This document shows positions 14,171-24,344 of a stretch of DNA of 64,000 bases, one piece after another; positions within the stretch are counted from its first letter, which is position 1, and every line of letters starts with the position of its first letter. A program made the translations under genes and the position numbers. The notes beneath the pieces are model-generated. The model saw only the letters and a list, made by a program, of their open reading frames with translations. It ran no database searches and had not been told where the DNA came from. This DNA comes from the human T2T-CHM13v2.0 reference genome, Homo sapiens: assembly GCF_009914755.1 (NCBI RefSeq), contig NC_060935.1. One strand, given 5' to 3'.

Positions 14171-14340
14171 GCAGTGGTTATCATTCCAGGCAGCACATTA
14201 GAATCACTTTTCAAAAGAGTAATAATTAGAGACCTCACCAAACCAATTAAGTCAGAATTTCCAAGGCTGGGTTCCAAGCGGTAGTAATCTAATTTCCCTA
14301 GGACAGTGTAATGTACTGAAAAATAGTAGTTTGGAAACTC
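14171..14340. mobile_element. MER5-type hAT-Charlie MITE
   Basis: gcagtggttatcattccaggcagcacattagaatcac...gtttggaaactc. Confidence 0.6.
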
Positions 14341-15529
14341 AAGATATGACAAGTTATATAGTCTTTTGAATCTTTCAGAACACATATTTTAAGACACCAT
14401 TGGTTTATATGTAAGAAATTATATTACAACATTTGCAACCTAACCAACATGAAAACATTAATTAGTGATTGAAAGTTCCTCAAGAGATATTTGTCTATTC
14501 TTATGGACCTTTATGTTAAGAGGAAGCTTTCCTAGCAATTAAAATAATAACTTGCCTATGACTATACAATTGATTTCTTAATACAGGTCAGAATAGTGTT
14601 AATCCTTCAATCAATTTTTGGTACACTTATTACAATATTCAAAGTAAGTCTCTCACAAATCGTACATTAACTCACTCATTGTGTTCATTAGGAAAAGTAA
14701 GAAAGATACATGTCATTTATTTTTAACTTTTTGTTAATGGTTGCATTCATGTTCACATATTGTAAATTTCAAGAAACTATGTAGGAATTAAAAGGAGAGT
14801 TTGATAAGCTATAAAGTTTTGATTGAAATAGATGTCTTAATTTGTTCAAATGTAAAAGATAAAAGTTGACTTATATGATAACCACTAATCTGTATCATCA
14901 TGTACTGCAAAGTGGATTTCAAACACATGGGCTACAATTAGGTATCTTAAATCTCCATGAAGGTAGGAGCAAGCTGTTTTCATACCATGTCTGGATAAAA
15001 GAAGTCATGTAGTAAATATTGAATAAATCTATGATGACGTACATGTGTATATCTATACACCTGTCTCTATTTTCAATTAAATTATAAATTCCTTGAGAGT
15101 GTAGAATTTTCTTTTAATCTTTTTATATCTGCTGCTACTCTTAGCATCGATCTGGGCATGTCATAAGTTGCTTAATAAATTTCCAGTTTTCTTTCTCAAT
15201 ATATCCTAAAATATTAGTTGATATATTACTTTTTTCATTATTCAACTGTACATAATTGGTGAAATCAGAGATATTCTTTGATAGCATAGTATATCTTTAG
15301 TATATCAGAGATATACTAAAAAGTATAGCATTTTTAGAAATAAAATTATTCTTTTTTCTCTCATTTTCTTTCTAAATAAAAATAAATTATTTGGAAAATA
15401 TCTTTCAAATTCAGGAATATATATTTTAGTATATTTTGCCATAGAGTGAGAGAGTAAAATTTTTATTTTTGGAAGATCTCCTTCTCCCCCCACCCCACCA
15501 TGCAATGGTAAAACCATTTACTGATGAAG

Positions 15530-15697
15530 AAACTTGCTATTCAAACTGTGATCTGCACATTAATGTTGTCAGTATTACCTGCAAGTTTATTATAGATGCA
15601 AAATCTCAGATCCCACCGCAGGCACATTGAGCCAGAACATTCATTTCATTGCAATCCCCAGGTGATCCTTTTGCAAATTTAAGACTGAGAAGCACTA
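15530..15697. mobile_element. MER5A-type hAT-Charlie MITE
   Basis: gatgcaaaatctcagatcccacc...atccccaggtgatccttttgcaaatttaagactgagaagcact. Confidence 0.75.
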
Positions 15698-17749
15698 ATG
15701 TATGCTAGTTTCCAATTTCTTTTTCCCTTGCTTTTTTGTGCGTTAGAAATATGTTTTTGAAATGTGGATATCCTTCTAGAGTGTTTTCTGCCTAAGGCAT
15801 ACTCCTAAGAATTTTTTTTCAATATTAAAACATGTGTTTAAGACTGAGCTACCACAACACCCAGAAAATTAACTTTTTGTGATTAAGAGTTATCTATGTA
15901 GACTGACAGACTGAGCAACCATATTGCTAATAATATTACTAACCATGGTTTCTATGATGTGGAACTCCATGTCATTTTCCAGGAAATTTTAAATGCCCTT
16001 CACTTTTCTGCTTATCTGATGGTTAAGAAAAGGGTCACCTGTACTCTGTTCAGTTATCTCTAATGTTTAGCCTTCTCAGTGTTCTTTTTCTTATCCTTTT
16101 ATTCTTTTTTTAAAACACACTAGGTCCTTTCATTCAGATCCTTGAGGTCAAAGGTGCTACAACAAAGAAAGATAATCAGTTGACCTGATATTCTCATCAT
16201 CAATATATCAAAATAAATTTAATTATCAGTCAGTTTAACGTTTTCCTCCCTCTATATTTTTATGAACAATAGTTTTCACATTTTTTATAGATCAATGTAT
16301 TGAATGATTTTTGGACTAGAAGATAAGAAACACAGATTCAAATGTTAATCCTTACAATCACTGTACTAGGCAAAAAACTGGATGTTCCTGGGCTAAGATC
16401 CCTCTTTCTTAGAAATGACAGTTTTAGCATAGCTTGTCTCTGCAACTTCTGGCTCCATGATTCCATGGCACCCTATCTTCATGAACCTGCTGATAAATCT
16501 AATTTAAATCTTCTTCATGATGGTACTTAATCAGAAGAAAAAAAATGAATCTCATTTTACACAGAAAACAGTAATGAAGAAATAGGCAAATAATAAGAAC
16601 ACTCAAAATTTTGATCCCATTTTTTTTAAAAAAATCGATCCATATCAGTAAACATTTGCAGGTGAAAAGTAACTAGTGCTCAAATACCATCTTTTCATGA
16701 ATTAATCATGGCTGCCTTTGCACAGTAGTAGACTGTTCAGTGCTTAGTTAAGGCCCCAGCTAGTTCTCGCTCACAGACTCTATTCTTGAGAGTACAACTG
16801 ATTATTTGAATTGAAATTACCAATCCCAAGGTGCCTAAATGAGCAAGAAGTTATGAATATTATAGGGAGATTTTCTTGTCTTCCAAGTCTGCTCTGAATT
16901 TAGAACTTTATTGCAGGTTCAGAGAGCACTGAGACAATGCCATGTTCAGCCCACTGGGAAGGAGGAAAATGAATAAGAAGCAAGTGAAGATTCCAAAGGG
17001 AGCAATAAACAAACCTGTCCCACTATATTCAATTTGAAGAATAGTATTTAATATCTCCAGAGTGTTTCACTGACTTTTGTATCTCAGTTCATTATTGCCC
17101 CCAATTTTAGAATTGAATACCTACTGTGAGTTATGGACTGTGTTTGGCTCTCAGGATGCCCATATAAAAGATATCATCCTAGGTCCTGATTTTCTCTCTA
17201 ATATCTCTACATATGACCACTTTGAGTCATACATTTTCTAAAACACGTATTACTCTGAACTTACTGATTTTCATCAATTCTCACTGGCAACAATGGAAAT
17301 TCACACATAGAATGCCCTTTATAATATCGATCCAGTTTACTTTACTTGTCTCAACTCTTGTCTTTACACACTTCATACCAGGAGTTCTGTTGAAACCTCT
17401 GAGTCTCATTCCAAGTATGACTTCTTTGAATGAATGATGCTATCTTCAATTTCATTGCCTTAACATATTATTCCATCTTCTTATAGTGTTGTTCCTGTCG
17501 TTTATAAACTTATCTCCTACTAGATTATCAAATACCAAGTGAGATATCAACTCTTTTAGGAGCCCTATACTAAGGCCTGAGATTGGTGGTCCATCTTAAT
17601 ATTCTCATAGTAGACAGTTATTACATCTACTTTAAAAATGTAATGTCTATTAAACCCTTTAGATCACAAAGTTCCTTCAATCAACTAGCCCAGCATCTAG
17701 CCAGTACATGCTAAAATGAATTTTCTTTAAAGAATAAATTATCAAATAT

Positions 17750-17890
17750 GTAGCCCTAAAGGGTAGGTTGTCATATCATTCTCTTCATTTTATAGATGAA
17801 GAAACATTAAAGATCTTTTCCCCAAACCCAAGATTGGTAGGTGAAGCATGTAAGGTTTTCTGACTAAATCGTATGTTCTTTTCCACTGGC
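17750..17890 (-). mobile_element. MIR fragment
   Basis: cattttatagatgaagaaacattaaag. Confidence 0.55.
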
Positions 17891-18846
17891 GCATCTCTTC
17901 ATTTCATGCTGAATGGGAGACATTAGAGATGAGGAGAAATATCGGGACAACAAAAGTCCCACTGAGAAAAAGAGAGATAAATTATGTAAGTCATGATGGT
18001 CTATCAACACACAGCATATTCTCAGGAGAAATGCAAAACAGGCGTTCTAGCAAGTAGGACACCTACATTCATGAAAGACAAACCATAGTTTCAGAAGGCT
18101 AAGAGTGGCAGTACCTATTTAGATCAACTTCTATCAGTTTATTTCATTTTTTTTGTTGCTAAAAATATAAGATTTATCCTGGGCACTACTCTATCATTTC
18201 CACAAAGTCCTGTAAAATTCTTCCTCTTTTTTTAAAAAAAATTAAAAATTAAAGCAGTTTTAGGCACAGGTCACTTTGCCAAGGGATGTTTGCTATCTAT
18301 GTGTCTTTTTCCCTTTCAAATAAATTTTATTTGAGTGGATTTCTTCTCTATTTACAGTAATTCTCAATACATTTTGACTAAGATACTTTAAAGACTCTTA
18401 ACATATGAGAATGTAGGTAATATATCTTTGGCATATTGCTTACCATCAAATGTTTTTCCAGGTTTTCATTATGAAATTTTTCAACACACAGAAAAGTTAA
18501 AGGAATGAACCATATAGACCCAACATTTGCAAATGTTTTTCATGTGTCTCATGAAATTTACACCAAAATATTCCCGCATCTTTTCCTAAAAACAATGACA
18601 TTCTCTTATGTTACTTGCATTTTCATTACATCTAAGAAGTATAACAGTAACTACCTAATGTCATCTAACTTCCAGTTCCTTTTCAAATTTCCTGAGTTGC
18701 ATGCAATAAATATTTTACAATTACCTTTTTAAACACTTAGATCACATACAGTTTATTAATTGCATTTGTTTTACATATCTCTTTAGTCTATTTTAATCTA
18801 GAACAATTCTACTTCCTTTTACTTATTTATTTTTTGCAGGTGCGTT

Positions 18847-19440
18847 TTGTAAACACACCAATCAGCACTCTGTGTCTAGCTAAAGGTTTGTAAACGCACC
18901 AATCAGCACTCTGTAAACACGGACCAATCAGCACTCTGTAAAATGGACCAATCAGCAGGACATGGGTGGGGCCAAATAAGGGAATAAAAGCTGGCCACTA
19001 GAGCCAGCAGCGGCAACCTGCACACGTTCCTTTCCATGCTGTGGAAGCTTTGTTCTTTTGCTGTTCATAATAAATCTTGCTGTTGCTCACTTTTTGGGTC
19101 TGCACTACCTTTATGAGCTGTAACACTCACCGCGAGGGTCTGCAGCTTCACTCCTGAAGTCAGTAAGACCACGAACCCACCGAGAGGAACAAACAACTCC
19201 AGATGTGCCACCTTTAAGAGCTGTAACACTCACTGCGAAGGTCTGCGTGTTCACTCCTGAAGTCAGCAAGATCATGAACCCACTGGAAGGATGAAACTGC
19301 AGACACATCTGAATATCTGAAGGAATAAACTCCAGACACACCATCTTTAAGAACTGTAACACTCACCGCGAGGGTCCGCGGCTTCGTTATTGAAGTCAGT
19401 GAGACCAAGAATCGACCAGAAGGAACCAATTCCTGACACA
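18847..19440 (+). mobile_element. LTR12 (ERV9; LTR12/LTR12F type) solo LTR, 5'-truncated
   Basis: Four CCAATCAGC repeats, gggaataaaagctggccac, three ctgtaacactcac-gaagtcag-gagacc units and the terminus gaaggaaccaattcctgacaCA; the TG-starting 5' end is absent. Confidence 0.95.
18858..19010 (+). promoter_or_regulatory. LTR12 U3 promoter: NF-Y CCAAT boxes, GC box, TATA-like AATAAAA
   Basis: CCAAT at 18858, 18899, 18924 and 18948; GGGTGGGG at 18964-18971; AATAAAA at 18983. Known ERV9 promoter layout; activity is not shown by sequence. Confidence 0.6.
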
Positions 19441-19544
19441 CTACCAACCAGCCATTTTTATTATGTGTATTGCTGTAAAGTCTTTGTTAACATATTTTAA
19501 TCCAAATCATACATTTTATATTACTTTAAAAATATGCAGCATTG

Positions 19545-19670
19545 GTGTGTGATGTTCCCCTTCCTGTGTCCAAGTGTTCTCATTGTTCAATTCCCACCTA
19601 TGAGTGAGAACATGTGGTGTTTGGTTTTTTGTCCTTGCAATAGTTTGCTGAGAATGATGGTTTCTAGCTT
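19545..19670 (-). mobile_element. L1PA (about PA4-5) inverted segment of a twin-primed insertion
   Basis: Antisense L1 3' sequence gtgtgtgatgttccccttcctgtgtcc...gatggtttctagctt immediately after the TSD. Confidence 0.92.
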
Positions 19671-19850
19671 TGTGGGGTGGGGGGAGCGGGGAGGGAGGAG
19701 GGATAGCATTAGGAGATATACCCAATGTAAATGATGAGTTAATGGGTGCAGCACACCAACATGGCACATGTATACAAATTTAACAAACCTGCACGTTGTG
19801 CACATATACCCTAGAACTTAAAGTATAATAAAAATATATATATATATAAA
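19671..19850 (+). mobile_element. L1PA 3' UTR end, forward segment
   Basis: G-rich tract, gatagcattaggagatatac...ctagaacttaaagtataataaaa, then a decayed (AT)n tail. Confidence 0.95.
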
Positions 19851-20251
19851 AGAAAAGAGGATTTTGAAAATGAGGAAATGATCCACAGTAAAAATAAATG
19901 CTGAAAAATCAAATAATATGAGATTTGAAGATGTCAGTTGTATTCTGAAGCTCTTAGAAGTGCTTTGGTGTGATAATGAGGGTGATGAGAAAAACGGGAA
20001 TGTTGAAATTTGGCCAGCATTTGGGAAAGTTTGTGGAAAAGTGGATGGAGAGACTCTAGCTTAGAGAGAAGAGAGGTCAATGAGATTTTCTGTTTTTTGC
20101 TTGTTTAAAAATAGAAAATATGTAAATAAAGAGATCCAGTTAAAAAGTGAAAAAAAAAAAGATGTCCTAAAAGGCTGATGTAACTTTATTATCAGTACAT
20201 GACTTTTAAAACTATTATAGCTATTAAAATAAACAATGAGAACATCTTCTA
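19851..20251 (+). other. L1 3'-transduced flanking DNA
   Basis: Lies between the L1 tail and the second copy of the 17-bp TSD AAAAATATGCAGCATTG; AATAAA at 20228-20233 sits 17 nt before the terminal A-run. Confidence 0.85.
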
Positions 20252-20999
20252 AAAAATATGCAGCATTGAGTCTTTTAACAGTCTGGGTCAGTTATCTTGC
20301 AGAATGTTTCCAACTTTGTTTTGTCAAATTCCTCTCTTACAGTGTCATTTCCTTGTTCTTCTCTATGTTTTTTATAAACTAAAACTTGGAACTAAAGACT
20401 GGATTCAATGCAAGTTGAAATATTTTAGTAAGTACACTTGACAGGTGAGAAAATGTACTTCACGTTGCAACACATCAGCAGCGCATTCTGCCAGTGGGTC
20501 CCACTAGCAGTGATGTTGAGTTTGGCTACTTTCTTAAGGTTGTGATCACTAGATCTCTTTGTTATAAAAAACAATTTCCCTTTGACTTTGGCAAATAATA
20601 TTTGGGATAGGAGGCAATACTTTAACATAGGAGAATTATTTGGTTCCCTTCAAAACCAATTCACCTAATATGTTTTACCAATAGTTTCATCATCTATTGA
20701 TTATTGATGTGGCAATCCATTATTACACTGAAGTTTACAAAGGATGATTTTTCTAATTCTATAATTTATTTGACATTTATTAGGCATTATTCTGTGAAAA
20801 AGTGTTTTCTCTCAACAATCTGGGGTGAATTATAGATTTTTGTTTAAAAGGCAAAAGAATGCTTAGATCTCTTTTAATTATTAATTTTAGACTAAAATAC
20901 TAGCATGATAGTTACCTCCACCTCCGTATGTGACAAATCAGATTTTTAAAAATTTAGGATAGACTTAATAGTTTATATTTATATATACCTCTAAACATA

Positions 21000-21120
21000 G
21001 AGAAATAAAGAGAATATTGGGTTAATAATCTGAAAACATTGGATTCAAATTCTAGGTTACAGCTTACAAACCTTATGACCTGGAGCAGTCTACTTAAATT
21101 TTTTAGCCTTTTTGTTCATT
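21000..21120 (+). mobile_element. MIR fragment
   Basis: ggattcaaattctagg...ttatgacctggagcagtctacttaa. Confidence 0.55.
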
Positions 21121-22429
21121 TATCCATATATTTTCAATGACATCCATTAAATGCTTTCATGAGAGTATTTTTAATTGCTAGAATTCCATTTGGAGTCTCA
21201 CAGACTGTATTAGGTTACAAAGCCTTCTAGGGGTTTGTCATTGTTGCTGCTATTGTTCTTTTAAAAGATTAATAAAACTTCCATGATTACTTAAGTAGAA
21301 ATTGAGTCACAGTTATGTTTAAAATTAAGCAATGGGCTTTTGTTTCCTATTCCTTGAGAAATGTTAAATATTGATTAAATAATTTTCAAGAGAATTCTTG
21401 GTCAATGATGGGAGGAAATATTCTCTTTTTTTTCCCAAATCTAAATTAATTAATTGGTTCTTTTCTAATGTTGTGAGCCAAGGGGTCACATTGCCAAGAA
21501 ATCAATCAAACTTGGTTTATAAAAGTCTAATTAAGATAATGTTAATTAGTAATTGCACTTTATTTCCACTGGCTTTTAGTGCCCTTTGGCCAAGATTTAT
21601 TATTTTATTTTTTCAAATGTACAGACTTCTTTCATGGTAGACAGGGAGGATGAAGAAGTTCATTCTCAGGCAAACTCTGTGAATATACTTTGGTCACTTT
21701 TTCCTCCCATGGATGTGGTAAGCCAGTCTGCCTCTTTTATATGTAATAAGATTGATTGACCTTTTACCAAATCACAAACATGAAAAGTCACAAACTTAAG
21801 TTTTATGTAAAATTGTTAAAAACATCTCATCCCATAGTTTTATGCCCTTGTGGCAACAAATAAATGATGTCTTTGGAATGCAGTGGTCCAAACCATGATG
21901 TATCATGAACTCCTAGGGACACATGATCAAACCAATTTTTTCCCACTTACATGAAGGATTGCTATTTTTAAAAAATAATCAAAAACTTTCACCATTCCAG
22001 TTTTCTGAGCCAGTATTTTCCAAACATATTAGATTCAAAATAACATCATGTTTGGATTCCACAACTTTTTTAAACAAAATTATATAAATGAGAGAGTTTA
22101 AGGCACAGATATTTCCATTTATAATTAGCAGCTGTGACCTGATTGATCAATTAAGGTCTAAGCCTGGCTGGAATGTAAGTTGGACTAAGATGGAGATGCA
22201 AGTGGGTATATACAGCTCTAGTGAATCTGAAAATCCATGAGGCTGAAGTTCAAATGATATATCAGTGTATCTACTAACAGCAATCTTTGCCTAGTGTGTT
22301 GATTTTACTTAAGAAATATCAGTGTTTAAGACCCCTTAACACCTGAGAATACCTTTTTCTCTTAGGTAAGACTGAAACTATCAAGCCTATAATTTAGATT
22401 TAGGCTTTTTAAGCTGGGAAATGACAAGT

Positions 22430-22670
22430 ACTAGTATAGCCTAGGGATTTGAAGCATTGGCTCTGGAAAAAGACTACTAGTTCTATCATTTATTTATTGT
22501 GTGCACTTGGGGAAAATCCCTTAAGCTCTCTGTACGTTAGTTTCCTCATCTATACCATGGAAGTGATGGCAGTACTTTCTTAAGAGCTCATTATGAAGAT
22601 TAAATGAGGTCATGTGGTTCAGGTAATTAGCATATGGGGCATAGTCAATAAATGCTGGCTATCTTATTAT
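22430..22670 (+). mobile_element. MIR, near full length
   Basis: cttggggaaaatcccttaagctctctgtacgttagtttcctcatctata...gaagattaaatgag...caataaatgctggctat. Confidence 0.8.
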
Positions 22671-23219
22671 CTTTAATAATAAGTAAATAATAAAGACCTT
22701 GCTCTAAGGTCTAACAAAAGTAAAACCTACAGTCTGTTACATCTGGGAGCAGTCCCAAGATCAGAAGTTATCATTTCACTATGACATTTACTACACTGTT
22801 TTCTATAAATAATGCTATACACGCCAGGTGAGTTTGTCATTTTAGGGAGAAAAAAGATGAAGTTATTGGCCAAATGTGCAGACAATTTATCATCTTTCCA
22901 GAAATAAGTGAGCATGTCCAAGGTCATTGATTTCTGTAAATCTCTTCGGCTTGTCAAAACAAAGTTATTCTCTTGGTATTTCTATCCATAGAAGAATTGG
23001 GAGAAAATTACCAAGAAGTAAGTGAAAGAAAGTGGAAAGTGATAGCATTCTATATCCCCAAACCATTATTTTTTAAATGCCAAAATTATTATGTAATATT
23101 TGAGCCTTTAGTATGACACTTTGCTAGTCCATTTTTACAATTAATAGATTTTATCAGAGGCACATTCGACTGTAGTTTTCACATACACACACAATTTAAG
23201 TAAATGAATCTTTGCATAG

Positions 23220-23410
23220 GTGACACATTTACATGATATAAAATTCAAAAGTTCAAAAAGGTAATTTAAAAAAACATAAGGCTTTTTCCCACTCTTGTCC
23301 TCTCAACCACTAAGTTCCTCTTCAGAGACAACTAGTAGTATCAGGTTTTCGTGTAGTCTTCTAGACATATCGGTGCATAAACATGTCCTCACACATTAAC
23401 TTTTGTTCCA
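23220..23410 (-). mobile_element. L1ME4-type 3' end fragment
   Basis: catttacatgatataaaattcaaaagttcaaaaagg...agagacaactagtagtatcagg. Confidence 0.5.
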
Positions 23411-23598
23411 CTAATAATGTCTAATGTGGTTTCACTATATAAATTTTCTACTGGATAGTATAACAGTCCATGTCAATGACTATCAGTTCATATTTCAATC
23501 AGCAAACAGCCTATGTGAGAAAACCAATACCTGGGGCAGGACGGAGTCAAATGAATTTTCTCCGGTCTCATCTTATTACCAACAACAGAAGAAGGATC

Positions 23599-24344
23599 AG
23601 AGGAAGTTCACCTCTTTTTGTGAGTGAACACACACACACACACTCACACACACACAATTTGCATAGATTTAAGATCTTCCTAACATTGAAGGGCTGATTT
23701 AGGGTGGGACTCAAATAAAGCTCAGCTCCCCTCTTCTTGTACAAATATGCAGTTCATGGATATTAGCATCTATTAGCATTGCTTCCAATGAAGAATGTCT
23801 TTTAAAATTCTATTAAATATATTTTGGATATTTTGTTGCTTTACCTAAGTCTATTTGCATAGCCATTTTTCCCTTGTCCTGCTCTTATGCTACTATAAAG
23901 CGAGATTCTAGTGAATGGAGTTGTATGAATAACAAAATCTGAACTTTAGAAATTACAAACTTTCCAAAGCAGACTTTGTATTTATTTTTTGTTGGCATTT
24001 CCACCTAAAGCCAAAAGTGTCTCACATAAACCTACTAATGTAAAACATTAATAGTGCTGAAAGCAAGACATTCATTTTATAAGTTCCACTTAGGTATAAT
24101 AGTGGCAAATTGCCATTATTTCATTTAGTAAATAATGTTTTATCTAAGATATTTATAGGGACACTCTCTCAATATATATTATTTTATTGATTAAGTTGCC
24201 CTGTCATTTCTAAAAATATAAGGCTTAGGTAATTCTTTTGACACCTGAGTAAATCATATACTCAATGATTTTTTTATGTGTGTGCATGTGTGCTGTTGAT
24301 ATTCTTCAGTACCAAAACCCATCATCTCATTTGCATAGGGAAGT
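23599..24344. promoter_or_regulatory. Candidate POU/ETS cis-regulatory element
   Basis: ATTTGCAT at 23657, 23853 and 24329; ATTAGCAT at 23762 and 23772; AGAGGAAGT at 23599; GGGTGGG at 23702. Confidence 0.4.
23629..23656. repeat. (CA)n microsatellite
   Basis: cacacacacacacactcacacacacaca. Confidence 0.9.

Larger units (their letters stand above)
18455..20900 (-). mobile_element. L1MC4/5-type 3' end, host of the LTR12 and L1PA insertions
   Basis: cctaaaaacaatgacattctctt...tttagtctattttaatctagaaca before 18840 continues as cagtctgggtcagttatcttgcagaatg after 20268. Confidence 0.7.
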
